A stretch of 64,000 nucleotides of DNA from Magnetovibrio sp. (GCF_036568125.1 NZ_DATCTF010000006.1:44082-108081); one strand, 5' to 3'. Positions 52,993-62,981 are shown, counted from the first letter of the stretch. Notes: generated by a model from the letters alone, not told the origin. Program-made: numbers and translations.

Positions 52993-54219
52993 ATGAGTGA
53001 ACGCACAACGCCTTTTTCCCAGCGTCCCGAACTGTTGTTGATCTTGTTGTCCATCGCCATGCCGCTGAGCTTCAGCACCTGGATGGCGTTGCTCAACAAC
53101 TTCGCCATCGAACGCGCCGCATTCACGGGGGTAGAGATCGGCATTTTGCAGAGCCTGCGGGAAGTGCCGGGTTTCCTGTCGTTCGGGGTGGTGTTCTTGC
53201 TTTTGGTGATGCGCGAACAAGCACTGGCGCTGATCGCGCTGACGCTGCTCGGTGTCGGTACTGCGGCGACGGGCTTTTTCCCGTCTGAAATAGGCCTCTA
53301 TATCACCACCGTGGTGATGTCGATCGGGTTCCATTATTTCGAAACCCTGCGTCAATCCTTGGCTTTGCAGTGGTTGGATGTGAAGCGCGCCCCGGTGGCG
53401 CTGGGGCGCATGGTGTCGGCGGGCTCGTTCGCCGGTCTGTTGGTGTTCGCCCTGATCTGGCTGAGTCAGGATGTGTTGCATATCGACATGGTGTGGGTCT
53501 ATGCCGTGGGCGGCGGGGCGACCGTGGCGATGACGCTGTGGTGCCACTTGGCCTTTCCACGCTTTCAGGGCAAGGCCGAACAGCACAAGCACTTGGTGGT
53601 GCGCCGGCGCTATTGGCTGTTTTACGCTTTGACGTTTTTGTGGGGCGCACGGCGTCAGATTTTCGTGGTGTTCGCGGGCTTTTTGATGGTCGAGAAATTC
53701 GGCTTCGACGCCGGGGCGATGAGCTTGATGTTTCTCGCCACCAGCGCCATGGCGATCTGGTTTTCGCCCAAGGTCGGGCGTTTGATCGCGCGCCTTGGCG
53801 AACGGCGCGTACTGATCATCGAATACACAGGCCTGATCGGCGTGTTTCTGGCTTATGCGGTGGTTGACACCGCATGGGTGGCGGTGGGGCTCTATCTGCT
53901 CGACCACCTGTTTTTCGCCATGTCGTTTGCGTCGAAAACGTATTTTCAGAAAATCGCCGATCCCCAAGACATCGCGTCGACATCGGGGGTCAGCTTTACC
54001 ATCAACCACATCGCGGCGGTGGTGATCCCGGTGGTGTTCGGACAAATCTGGGTCGGAGACCACGCCTGGGTATTTTATGCGGGGGCGGGCATGGCGGCAG
54101 GGTCGTTGGCGCTGGCGTTCTTGATCCCGCGCAATCCGTCGTGGGGCTGTGAAACGGTGTTTTCCACCCCCACTGCGAAGGCCGTTGAAGAGCCGACGGA
54201 AGCTCCCGCCGGAGAGTAG
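52993..54219 (+). CDS. MFS-type transporter (putative)
   Basis: About 408 aa and polytopic, starting at MSERTTPF. The upstream 247 codons of track ORF 52252..54219 are antisense to the AraC gene and are not part of this gene. Confidence 0.65.
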   Translation: MSERTTPFSQRPELLLILLSIAMPLSFSTWMALLNNFAIERAAFTGVEIGILQSLREVPGFLSFGVVFLLLVMREQALALIALTLLGVGTAATGFFPSEIGLYITTVVMSIGFHYFETLRQSLALQWLDVKRAPVALGRMVSAGSFAGLLVFALIWLSQDVLHIDMVWVYAVGGGATVAMTLWCHLAFPRFQGKAEQHKHLVVRRRYWLFYALTFLWGARRQIFVVFAGFLMVEKFGFDAGAMSLMFLATSAMAIWFSPKVGRLIARLGERRVLIIEYTGLIGVFLAYAVVDTAWVAVGLYLLDHLFFAMSFASKTYFQKIADPQDIASTSGVSFTINHIAAVVIPVVFGQIWVGDHAWVFYAGAGMAAGSLALAFLIPRNPSWGCETVFSTPTAKAVEEPTEAPAGE

Positions 54220-54238
54220 CGCCTTGTGACGAGTGCGC

Positions 54239-55306
54239 TTAGTGAAAGGGCGGTGCGTACATCAAACCACCGTCGGTCCACAGTGCATTGAGACCACGTT
54301 CCAGTTGGAAGTCGCTGTCCTTGCCGAGGTTGCGCTCGAAAATTTCACTGTAATTGCCGACGTGCTTGACCACCCGGTAGGCCCACCCGTCGTCAAGGCC
54401 GAGCGCTTTGCCAACACCCGCTTCTGCGCCGAGGAAGCGGCGTTGCGCGATTGTGCCGCTGTCGCGCATTTGATCGATGTTGCTGGACGTGATGCCCAGT
54501 TCCTCGGCCTGGATGGTGGCGAATACGATCCAACGCACGATGTTGAACCATTGTGGATCGTCATCACGCACCGCCGCGCCGAGGGGCTCTTTCGAGATGA
54601 CGTCTTCGAGAATCATGTAATCATCGGCCACGGGCGTTTCCTTGGTGCGAAACTCGACCAGAAACGACTGGTCCGAACTGAACAGGTCGCAACGTTCGGT
54701 GAAGAAGGCGTAGCGCAGTTCTTCAAAGGCGCCGAACGACATCAAGGCGATGGGCAGGTCGTGGTCGCGGATGTATTCGGCGATGTTGTCTTTACTGGTG
54801 GTGTTGTTTTCGACACAGGCGGCCGCGTTCTTGCCCTTTGCTTTCAGCTCGAGCAGGCTTTTCACGCCGAGAGATTTGCGCGCCACGAAGCCCTGACCAT
54901 CATAAAAATTGACGCCGGCAAAGTGGATGCCGAGAGAGCCGTCGCGCGACAGGGTCCAGGTGGTGGAGCGGATCAGTACATCGACGGCGCCTTCCTGCAA
55001 GGCTTGAAAACGGTTTTGCGGCACCAACTGAACAAAATTGATCTTTGTCGTGTCGTGCAACACCGCGGCGGCGATGGCACGGCAGAAATCTCGGTCGAAA
55101 CCGGCGATGGTGCCGGGTTGAGAGTATTCGCGCGGGGTGTTGAGGTGTCCGGCGGTGCTGCAATTGAGCTGGCCGCGGTCTCTCACCATGTCGAGCGTGC
55201 TATGCGGCTGCTCTTGGCCCACTGCGGCAAAAGCGTTGAAGGTGCTGAACAGAAATAACGCCAACGCCGTTCGGCGGGCCGTGTAAAAAGGTGAGCGTGC
55301 GCGCAT
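54239..55306 (-). CDS. periplasmic amino-acid-type ABC substrate-binding protein (family 3, AapJ/BztA-like), no cognate permease or ATPase nearby
   Basis: Signal peptide MRARSPFYTARRTALALFLFSTFNAFAAV. GFDRDFCRAIAAAV, VDVLIRSTTWT and C-terminal NALWTDGGLMYAPPF. Confidence 0.75.
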   Translation of the reverse strand: MRARSPFYTARRTALALFLFSTFNAFAAVGQEQPHSTLDMVRDRGQLNCSTAGHLNTPREYSQPGTIAGFDRDFCRAIAAAVLHDTTKINFVQLVPQNRFQALQEGAVDVLIRSTTWTLSRDGSLGIHFAGVNFYDGQGFVARKSLGVKSLLELKAKGKNAAACVENNTTSKDNIAEYIRDHDLPIALMSFGAFEELRYAFFTERCDLFSSDQSFLVEFRTKETPVADDYMILEDVISKEPLGAAVRDDDPQWFNIVRWIVFATIQAEELGITSSNIDQMRDSGTIAQRRFLGAEAGVGKALGLDDGWAYRVVKHVGNYSEIFERNLGKDSDFQLERGLNALWTDGGLMYAPPFH

Positions 55307-55455
55307 AGTGGGTTTCCAACTGTTATTTATCGCAGTGTATGCGCCCAAGATGATCTTGTTAAGCGTGATGATTTTGATTGTGTGGTGGAATATCAATGCA
55401 CCGCATGCGAAAGTCATGCAGATACGCAGTGAGGCTATTTTGCGTCGGGAGCGTG

Positions 55456-57495
55456 ATGAGTAAGGTTTTTTCCAGTATTCGGCAGCGGGTTCTGTACGCC
55501 TTCTTTTTGCTCGCGTTCGTCGGGGTGGTATCCAGTATTTGGAACATCTACCTGATGGGGCAATACGAGCAGCGCCTTACGCGTCTGTCCGGCGAAAGCA
55601 TTCCGGTGTTGGTCGCGGCCTATGAGGTGGCGCGCCAAGGAGAGGCGATTTCCAAGGGCGCGGCCGGCGTGGTGCTGACACGCGACAAATGGACCCGCGA
55701 AGCCTTTGTCAATCGTATCAATGACCAATTCAACTGGCTCGACACTCAATTAGCCACTTTGGCCGAAAAGGGTATCGAGCAAGAGCGTCTCGATCACGTC
55801 CAGCAAAACAAACGGGCCTTGCTGGACAGTTTCAAGGACCTCGCACTGGCGGTGGAGCGTCGTCACGATGCTGACGTCGCCGGGCTCGGCGCGGAAACAC
55901 CGGAATTGGCGGCGGAAGTCGACCGCTTGCTGCTTTTGCACAAATATCACGCCGACCGTTTGACCTATTCCGTCGCCGGGTTGGCCAATGCGCGCACGGG
56001 CGAAATCGAACGTTCTGTTTCGGGCATTCTCAACCAAATCCAGGTGGAAAGCTGGTTCCTCAACGTCTATGCGCTTGGCGCCACCATCTTTGCGATCTTG
56101 ATCGCGGTTTATTTGGACAACCGCGTCGGCAGTCGCGTGGTTGCCATCCAGCGTGCCATGCGTGCGGTCGCCGATGGCAGCACCAAGGAAGTCATTCCGC
56201 GCGGTGGCGAGGATGAAATTTCCGACATGGCGGATGCGCTCGGCACCTTCGTCGATAAATTGGGCGAGCGTGAAGAGCGGCTCCAGGTTTTGGTCGATGA
56301 ACGTACAAGTGAGCTGGAAACGGCCAAAAACAATCTAGAAACCAACGAGCGACGGCTGCGTAATCTGTTCGAAGTGGCGTCCGACTGGTTTTGGGAAACC
56401 GATGCGGATTACGCCATTACATACATGTCGCCGCAGTTTTTCGAGACCGTGGGCAACCCACCTGATGTTCTTCACCACAGTCTGTTCGAACGCATGACCG
56501 CAGACGACGTCCGCGTCGATGCCGAAATCTTGTCGGATCACCTGCAAACCCTGCGTGATCGCAAGGCGTTCAGCCGCTTCGAATTCGCCGTGCGCACCGT
56601 GGACGGACACACCAAGCATCTGCAATCGTCGGGTATTCCGGTATTCGATGAAAATGGCCGCTTCGCTGGCTATCAGGGTGCGCTCACCGACATCACTGAA
56701 TACAAGCAGGCCGAAATTGAAATGCGTCATGCGCAGAAAATGCAGGCGCTTGGCAACCTGGCTGGGGGTGTGGCGCATTCGTTCAACAACATTTTCCAAC
56801 CGATCTTGATCTTGAGCGAACTGACCTTGAGCGATGCGCCCGAAGGTTCGCCCATTCGCGAACGCCTGCAAATCGCCATCGATGCATGCCGCAGGGGCAA
56901 GGCGCTGGGGGATCGGATATTGCTCTATTCGCGCCAAGACGAGCCGGAGCGGTGCGCACTGGATATTCACGGCGTGGTCAGCGACACCTTGGCGCTGTTT
57001 CGCTCCAGCGCGCCGACATCAATCCGCTTGACTGAAAATCTGGATTCAGGGGTTGGCAAGATTGTCGGCGATGCGGCTCAACTCGAAGCGCTTTTGCTCA
57101 ATCTTGCCACCAACTCCATGGATGCGATCGGCGACAAGGCCGGCGAGATTACAGTCAATTTATCACGGGAAGACCGAGCGAACGTCGAATACGATATGGG
57201 TGGGGACGTGGTCCACGACGTGTACGCAAAAATCAGCGTGAGTGACAATGGCTGCGGAATGGAACCGGAAATCGTCGAGCGGATTTTCGATCCCTTTTTT
57301 ACGACCAAGGGGCTTGGCAAGGGGACGGGGCTGGGCTTGTCCATGGCCAGCGGCATCGTGACCATGCATGGTGGGGGTATCAAAGTGACCAGCGTGAAAG
57401 ATCAAGGCACCAGATTCGATATTTATCTGCCTATCTCCGACGAGGTTGTGGTAAATGTCTGCGATCAACCTAAAATGGGCTGTGAGGGCGCGTGA
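55456..57495 (+). CDS. sensor histidine kinase (two TM with helical periplasmic domain, HAMP, PAS, HisKA, HATPase)
   Basis: H-box GGVAHSFNNIFQPI, NLATNSMDAI, DNGCGM and GTGLGLSM. GGGAG Shine-Dalgarno before the ATG at 55456. Confidence 0.85.
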   Translation: MSKVFSSIRQRVLYAFFLLAFVGVVSSIWNIYLMGQYEQRLTRLSGESIPVLVAAYEVARQGEAISKGAAGVVLTRDKWTREAFVNRINDQFNWLDTQLATLAEKGIEQERLDHVQQNKRALLDSFKDLALAVERRHDADVAGLGAETPELAAEVDRLLLLHKYHADRLTYSVAGLANARTGEIERSVSGILNQIQVESWFLNVYALGATIFAILIAVYLDNRVGSRVVAIQRAMRAVADGSTKEVIPRGGEDEISDMADALGTFVDKLGEREERLQVLVDERTSELETAKNNLETNERRLRNLFEVASDWFWETDADYAITYMSPQFFETVGNPPDVLHHSLFERMTADDVRVDAEILSDHLQTLRDRKAFSRFEFAVRTVDGHTKHLQSSGIPVFDENGRFAGYQGALTDITEYKQAEIEMRHAQKMQALGNLAGGVAHSFNNIFQPILILSELTLSDAPEGSPIRERLQIAIDACRRGKALGDRILLYSRQDEPERCALDIHGVVSDTLALFRSSAPTSIRLTENLDSGVGKIVGDAAQLEALLLNLATNSMDAIGDKAGEITVNLSREDRANVEYDMGGDVVHDVYAKISVSDNGCGMEPEIVERIFDPFFTTKGLGKGTGLGLSMASGIVTMHGGGIKVTSVKDQGTRFDIYLPISDEVVVNVCDQPKMGCEGA

Positions 57496-57878
57496 AGATG
57501 GCGGCTGTGCTTGTAATAGAAGATGACGATGCGGTGCGGTTCTCTTTGCAGGCGGCGCTTGAATCCATGGGGCACACGGTCGAAAGTGCGTCCAATGGTG
57601 TGGAGGGGGTTGAAAAATGCATTTCCGGTGCATTCGACTTGGTCATTACGGACCTGATCATGCCCGAAAAGGACGGTGTCGAAACCATTCTGGAATTGAA
57701 ACTGAACAACCCGGAGCTGAAAATCGTGGCGATTTCCGGCGGTGGACGGAACGTCGACATCATGGAAACGACGTATCAGATCGGTGCCGATTGTGCCTTG
57801 ACCAAGCCGTTTTCCGTCAAAGACCTGGGCGATTGCCTCAACCGCGTTTTGGTGCCCGATCTGAAAGTGGTGGACTGA
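57492..57878 (+). CDS. single-domain response regulator (CheY-like receiver)
   Basis: VLVIEDDD, LVITDLIMPEKDG, AISGGG and LTKPF. The start overlaps the kinase stop (GTGA); an alternative ATG is at 57498. Confidence 0.85.
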   Translation: MKMAAVLVIEDDDAVRFSLQAALESMGHTVESASNGVEGVEKCISGAFDLVITDLIMPEKDGVETILELKLNNPELKIVAISGGGRNVDIMETTYQIGADCALTKPFSVKDLGDCLNRVLVPDLKVVD

Positions 57879-57888
57879 GGGCTTTGGT

Positions 57889-58500
57889 TTAGCCCCGCTG
57901 ATCCGCCTTGATGTGCATGCGCACGATTTTATCGGGTTCGCCGCTGATTTTGCCGTTCGCGTTCTTGTCGCCCTTTTTCAGGGCATCGACAAATTCCATA
58001 CCCTCAACCACATGGCCCCAGACGGTGTATTTGCCGTCAAGCCAACGTCCGTTGCCGAGCATGATGAAAAATTGGCTGTCGGCGCTGTCGACATCGCGCG
58101 CGCGGGCCATGCCGACCACACCACGGACGAATTTGTCGCCCGAGAACTCACCGGGCAAGTTGACGCCGGACCCGCCGGTGCCGTTGCCCAGCGGGTCGCC
58201 GGTCTGTGCCATGAAGTCTTCGATCACGCGATGGAAGGTGAGGCCGTCGTAAAAGCCCGCGCGCACCAATTCCTTGATCCGCGCGACGTGCTTGGGGGCC
58301 AGGTCGGGGCGCATTTCGATCACCACCCGCCCGGCGGGAAGGTCGAGATAGACAACGTTGTCGGCGCTTTGTAAGTCCAAATTGGTCTCGCCAGCGCCTT
58401 GGTAGACGCTGGCGGGAGACACGGATGAGGACGGACTGAGAGCGAACCATGCGCCGGCGGCGATGGCGCACGCAAGAGCCGCTAAGATGGCAATGCGCAT
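57889..58500 (-). CDS. peptidyl-prolyl cis-trans isomerase, cyclophilin type, secreted
   Basis: Signal peptide MRIAILAALACAIAAGA. FHRVIEDFMAQTGDPLGNGTGGSG and SQFFIM. GGAGG Shine-Dalgarno before the ATG at 58500. Confidence 0.9.
   Translation of the reverse strand: MRIAILAALACAIAAGAWFALSPSSSVSPASVYQGAGETNLDLQSADNVVYLDLPAGRVVIEMRPDLAPKHVARIKELVRAGFYDGLTFHRVIEDFMAQTGDPLGNGTGGSGVNLPGEFSGDKFVRGVVGMARARDVDSADSQFFIMLGNGRWLDGKYTVWGHVVEGMEFVDALKKGDKNANGKISGEPDKIVRMHIKADQRG
58155..58257 (-). repeat. 103-nt tract nearly identical to 58787..58889 (tandem cyclophilin paralogs)
   Basis: Hand alignment shows 3 mismatches in 103 nt, while the flanking coding sequence is clearly more diverged. Confidence 0.7.
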
Positions 58501-58523
58501 GACACGGCCTCCAGATGCATCGT

Positions 58524-59075
58524 TCAGTTTTGAGCGTCGGCCGCGACCTGCATGCGCACGATCGTGTCGGGTTCGCCGAGAACCGCACCGTTGGGACCTT
58601 CGCCCTTCTTGATGTTGTCGACGAATTCCATGCCCTGAACGACTTGGCCCCAAACGGTGTACTTGCCGTCGAGATATTCGGAGCGGTCAAACATGATGTA
58701 GAACTGGCTGTCGGCGCTGTTGATGTCTTGGGCGCGTGCCATGCCGACGGTGCCACGGACATACTTCTCGCGCGAGAATTCAGCCGGCAAGTTGACGCCG
58801 GACCCGCCGGTGCCGTTGCCCAGCGGGTCGCCGGTCTGGGCCATGAAGCCGTCGATCACGCGATGGAAGGTGAGGCCGTCGTAAAAGCCTTCACGGACCA
58901 GTTGCTTGATGCGCGTAACGTGCTTGGGCGCCAAGTCTTCGCGCATTTCGATCACCACGCGGCCGTCTTTCAGGTCCAGGTACAGGGTGTTTTCAAGGTC
59001 CAGGGCCAGGGCCTGTTGGGTCATAAGCAAAACTCCGAAAGTGAGGGCAGCGAAAGCGGAAATGAAACGGGTCAT
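58524..59075 (-). CDS. peptidyl-prolyl cis-trans isomerase, cyclophilin type, secreted (tandem paralog)
   Basis: Signal peptide MTRFISAFAALTFGVLLMTQQALA. FHRVIDGFMAQTGDPLGNGTGGSG and SQFYIM. Confidence 0.9.
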   Translation of the reverse strand: MTRFISAFAALTFGVLLMTQQALALDLENTLYLDLKDGRVVIEMREDLAPKHVTRIKQLVREGFYDGLTFHRVIDGFMAQTGDPLGNGTGGSGVNLPAEFSREKYVRGTVGMARAQDINSADSQFYIMFDRSEYLDGKYTVWGQVVQGMEFVDNIKKGEGPNGAVLGEPDTIVRMQVAADAQN

Positions 59076-59130
59076 AGAGTCCCTCGCGTTGTAAAAGTGG
59101 GTCGGTGCGGGGAAAATAGCACGGTGGTTC

Positions 59131-59163
59131 AAAAACAAAAACCCCGCCGAAAGGGCAGGGTTT
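59131..59163 (-). terminator. rho-independent terminator after the second CheZ-like gene
   Basis: The minus strand reads AAACCCTGCC-CTTTC-GGCGGGGTTT, followed by TTGTTTTT. Confidence 0.6.
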
Positions 59164-59205
59164 ATGCGCAGGATTTTTGAGTGCGAACTTCGTGCTTGGT
59201 CGCGC

Positions 59206-59748
59206 TCAGTCGAATAGGGCGTCGATTTCATCTTGGCTGATGGCGCGGGTGGGGTCGAGCGCCGGGCCGTGGAGCAGTTTTTCGTCCTCGGTCTTTTCTT
59301 CGCCTTTGATTTCCACTTTGGCGATTTCGTCCTTGCCCCATAGTTCCGTCAGCGCCGTAACGCGATCTTCCACGTAGGTCAGCGAACGGGCCACTTTGGT
59401 AACGCGCTGGCCGGTGATGTCTTGGAAGCTGCAGGCCTGGATGGTGTTCATGTCGTTTTCGGAAATTTGATCGAGCAGCGCAATTTGTGCCGGATCCGTG
59501 AGGACGGCGCGCAGCTTCTGAACGGCCTCTTCATTGTCTTCCGCGCAGGCCATGATCGTGTTCGACGCGTCGTCGGTGGCCTTGATCACGGCGTCCAGTT
59601 GGTCGGACATGGTGCCGAATTCATGGGCATCGTCCGCCGGACGGGAAATGCTGGCGATTTCTTGACGCACGCGGTTGATGTAACGCAATAGTCCGTGCAA
59701 TTCGTGCCGCAGTGCATCGGAGTCGAGATCTTCAATCGGTGCATTCAT
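59206..59748 (-). CDS. CheZ-like CheY-P phosphatase, second paralog
   Basis: DQLDAVIKATDDASNTIM...ACSFQDITGQRVTKV and a C-terminal SQDEIDALFD peptide. Parallels the gene at 29352..30080. Confidence 0.7.
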   Translation of the reverse strand: MNAPIEDLDSDALRHELHGLLRYINRVRQEIASISRPADDAHEFGTMSDQLDAVIKATDDASNTIMACAEDNEEAVQKLRAVLTDPAQIALLDQISENDMNTIQACSFQDITGQRVTKVARSLTYVEDRVTALTELWGKDEIAKVEIKGEEKTEDEKLLHGPALDPTRAISQDEIDALFD

Positions 59749-59888
59749 GTACGCCGCATCCTTTTCGCCATGTCCCCAACGTATCCGCGCGGCGTTGGCG
59801 CGGGTTTCTATTCAACATACTTTAACAGCTAAATCAGTTAAAGGTTGATGAAAATAACACTTTTGGCTGAGGTCGGGGGGGAATTGGC

Positions 59889-60263
59889 TTAATTGGTAGG
59901 GCGTTTGGGAGCCATGGCTTTCATCGCCATGACTTGAAGTTTCAATTTCTGTTCCGCGCTGAGATCGTCCAGCACGTCTTGTTTGGCAGCGTGGACGCGC
60001 AAGGCATTTTGAATCAATTGCTGGCGGGTCGGCGAGCCCGATTGGGCGTGCTGGTTTGCGACGCGGTTTTGGATGCCGTCTATTTTGGCGTCGAGTTGCG
60101 CTTTGATTTGCGCCTGGGATGGCTCGGGCAATGGCTGTCGGGGCTGTGGTGGGGCGGCGACCGGGCGATCGGCAGGCTTGGGAGCCGAAGCCGCCTTTTC
60201 CAGGGCTTCACGGGCTTTTTTATCCAATATCAAGGACATAAAAGCTTTGCCGATTTTTGACAT
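59889..60263 (-). CDS. hypothetical protein with Pro-rich centre
   Basis: ORF with ATG at 60263 (MSKIGKAF). No recognisable motif. Confidence 0.45.
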   Translation of the reverse strand: MSKIGKAFMSLILDKKAREALEKAASAPKPADRPVAAPPQPRQPLPEPSQAQIKAQLDAKIDGIQNRVANQHAQSGSPTRQQLIQNALRVHAAKQDVLDDLSAEQKLKLQVMAMKAMAPKRPTN

Positions 60264-60547
60264 GACGGCGACCTTTCGCACTTTATGTGCGCACCCTAGC
60301 GCGATTCCCGCCGCTGCGGCAAATACTCAACATCGAAGCTGTTTTGACGATTGCATTCATCATCGTCCTGGCTAGGATGGGAACAGGTTCCGGCATGCCT
60401 CCCCAATAAATACTCACCCCACGCACCGTTGTGTCGTGATGTGGTGTTCGCGGCATTTTCATAAGGTGGGAAAGTTCCTGCTTTCATGAATGCTTAACCG
60501 AAAATAGATAGCGCTTTCACAATAAGCGCAGTATGTTGCGGACCATC

Positions 60548-61963
60548 ATGAAAAGGACAAGAAACGCTAAAATTATCGCCACGCTCGGGCCGGGCCGTTC
60601 TTCTGCGGACGACATTGCCGCTCTCATAGAGGCCGGCGCCGACGTATTCCGTCTCAACTTCTCACACGGCGTTCACGAAGATCATAAACGCCGTTACAAC
60701 GTCATTCGTTCCCTTGAAGAAAAATTCCAGCGCCCCATCGGCATTTTGATGGACCTGCAAGGTCCCAAGCTGCGTGTGGGCAAGTTCGAAAATGACCGCA
60801 TCCAACTGGTCAAGGGCCAGCCTTTGCGTCTGGAATTGACAGACGCGTTGGGCAACGAAACGGTTGCCCCGCTGCCCCATCCCGAAATTTTCGCGGCGCT
60901 GCGTCCCGATATGGACCTGCTGCTCGACGACGGCAAGATCCGCTTGCGCGTCGACAAGGCGGGCAAGGACTTCGCCGAAACCGAAGTCGTGTTCGGCGGC
61001 GAGTTGTCGAACCACAAGGGCGTTAATGTACCCAGCGCGATTTTGGAACTGTCCGCGCTGACCGAAAAGGATCACGCCGACCTCAAGTACGGTCTTGAGT
61101 TGGGCGTCGACTGGATCGCGCTGTCGTTCGTGCAGCGTCCGTCCGACGTCGAAGAAATCAAACGCATCGTTCAAGGCCGCGCCGGCGTGATGGCCAAGCT
61201 GGAAAAGCCTTCGGCCATCGAACACCTGCACGGCATCGTCGAATTGGCCGACGCGATCATGGTCGCACGCGGTGACTTGGGCGTCGAATTGCCGCCCGAA
61301 GATGTGCCGGTACAGCAAAAACGCATCATCAACGCATGTCGCATCGCCGGCAAGCCGGTGGTGGTGGCGACGCAGATGCTCGACAGCATGGTGCACGCCC
61401 CGACCCCGACCCGCGCCGAAGCCTCCGACGTGGCGACCGCCATTTACGACGGCGCCGACGCGGTGATGTTGTCTGCGGAAACGGCGGTGGGTGACTATCC
61501 GATTGAATCGGTGGCCATCATGGACCGCATCATCAACCGGGTGGAACGCGATCGCTTGTATCGCAAGATGACCGATTCCGCTCGTTCGATCCCCGAGGCA
61601 ACGGCTGCCGACGCCATTTCGGCTGCCGCCCGTCAGACCGCGGAAACCATTTCCGCCCAGGCGATCGTGTCGTTCTCCTCGACGGGGTCGACGACCATGC
61701 GCATCGCGCGTGAACGTCCGTCGGTGCCGATTTTGGGCCTGACGCCCAATTTGGACATCGCGCGGCGCTTGGTGTTGGCGTGGGGGGTACACTCCATCCG
61801 CACCAAGGACGTGAAAAGCTTCAGCGAAATGATGGGCAAATCGGTGCGTATTTCCAGGCGTCAGGAATTCGCCCAGGACGGCGACACGGTGGTGATCGTC
61901 GCGGGCATTCCGTTCGGGGTGCCCGGCGGGACCAACATTATGCACATCGCCAAGGTCGAATAG
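60548..61963 (+). CDS. pyk: pyruvate kinase
   Basis: RNAKIIATLGP, FRLNFSHG, MVARGDLGVELP, ATQMLDSM and MLSAETAVGDYP. Confidence 0.95.
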   Translation: MKRTRNAKIIATLGPGRSSADDIAALIEAGADVFRLNFSHGVHEDHKRRYNVIRSLEEKFQRPIGILMDLQGPKLRVGKFENDRIQLVKGQPLRLELTDALGNETVAPLPHPEIFAALRPDMDLLLDDGKIRLRVDKAGKDFAETEVVFGGELSNHKGVNVPSAILELSALTEKDHADLKYGLELGVDWIALSFVQRPSDVEEIKRIVQGRAGVMAKLEKPSAIEHLHGIVELADAIMVARGDLGVELPPEDVPVQQKRIINACRIAGKPVVVATQMLDSMVHAPTPTRAEASDVATAIYDGADAVMLSAETAVGDYPIESVAIMDRIINRVERDRLYRKMTDSARSIPEATAADAISAAARQTAETISAQAIVSFSSTGSTTMRIARERPSVPILGLTPNLDIARRLVLAWGVHSIRTKDVKSFSEMMGKSVRISRRQEFAQDGDTVVIVAGIPFGVPGGTNIMHIAKVE

Positions 61964-62016
61964 CCTTTGGCATCAAGCGGTTCGCGGGTGTTTTCGCCAT
62001 GCGGAAGAATTGTGGC

Positions 62017-62052
62017 GGCGTCCGGCGTTTGTGCGGACGCCGCTTTTCTTTT
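62017..62052 (+). terminator. rho-independent terminator after pyk
   Basis: GGCGTCCG-GCGTTTGTG-CGGACGCC, followed by GCTTTTCTTTT. Confidence 0.7.
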
Positions 62053-62105
62053 GCGCGCGAAGCGACTAGCGTGGGCATTCCTCAACTTCCCCAGGATATT
62101 TCCAC

Positions 62106-62981
62106 GTGTTTGAAACGCTTTTTGCCATCATCGCCCCTGTCTTGATTTGTGCCGCCATCGGATATGGCTGGGCGCGTACGGGACGGCCCTACAACACCGA
62201 AATGGTGACGCACTTGGTGTCCGCTGTCGGCGTGCCTTGCTTGGTGTTCACCACCTTGGTCAACGTCGATATCGATTTGGACGCCTTGGGGCGCATGGCG
62301 GGCGCGACGTTTGCGGCGATTTTCATCATGGGCGCAGTTGGCGGTGTGATCTTGGTGCTGTGGAAGCAATCGGTGCGCGCGTATCTGCCCGCGCTGGTGT
62401 TTCCCAACACCGGCAACATGGGGCTGCCGCTGGCGCTGTTGGCGTTCGGCGACGAAGGCATGGCCCTGGCGGTGGCGTATTTCACGGTCTGCATCATCTT
62501 TCAGTTTACCGTCGGCGTGGCGGTGTCGTCGGGGGTGACGTCGCCGATGGCGCTGATGCGGGTGCCTACCATTTACGCGATGATTTTGGCGCTGGTCTTT
62601 AAAATGACCGACAGCACGGTGCCGATCTGGGCGGGCAACACCATTCAAATCCTCAGCGGTTTCACCATCCCCTTGATGTTGATCACGTTGGGCATTTCAT
62701 TGCAGCAATTGAAGATCGGCGATTTGGGCAAAAGTCTGGTTCTGGCCCTGATCCGCTTGTTGATGGGCTTTGGCGTCGGCTTGGGCTTGGCCGAGGTGTT
62801 CGGTTTCGAAGGTGCGATGAAGGGCGTGTTGATTTTGCAATCGACGTTGCCGGTGGCGGTGTTCAATTACCTGTTTGCGGCGCGCTACGAAACCGATCCC
62901 GACACGGTCGCGGGGGCGGTGGTGCTGTCCACGGTGCTGTCGTTCGCGACCTTGCCGGTGCTGATGTGGTTCGTGCTGTAA
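62106..62981 (+). CDS. AEC-family (auxin efflux carrier-like) transporter
   Basis: About 10 TM segments. N-terminus FETLFAIIAPVLICAAIGYGWAR, plus FPNTGNMGLPL. Confidence 0.75.
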   Translation: MFETLFAIIAPVLICAAIGYGWARTGRPYNTEMVTHLVSAVGVPCLVFTTLVNVDIDLDALGRMAGATFAAIFIMGAVGGVILVLWKQSVRAYLPALVFPNTGNMGLPLALLAFGDEGMALAVAYFTVCIIFQFTVGVAVSSGVTSPMALMRVPTIYAMILALVFKMTDSTVPIWAGNTIQILSGFTIPLMLITLGISLQQLKIGDLGKSLVLALIRLLMGFGVGLGLAEVFGFEGAMKGVLILQSTLPVAVFNYLFAARYETDPDTVAGAVVLSTVLSFATLPVLMWFVL

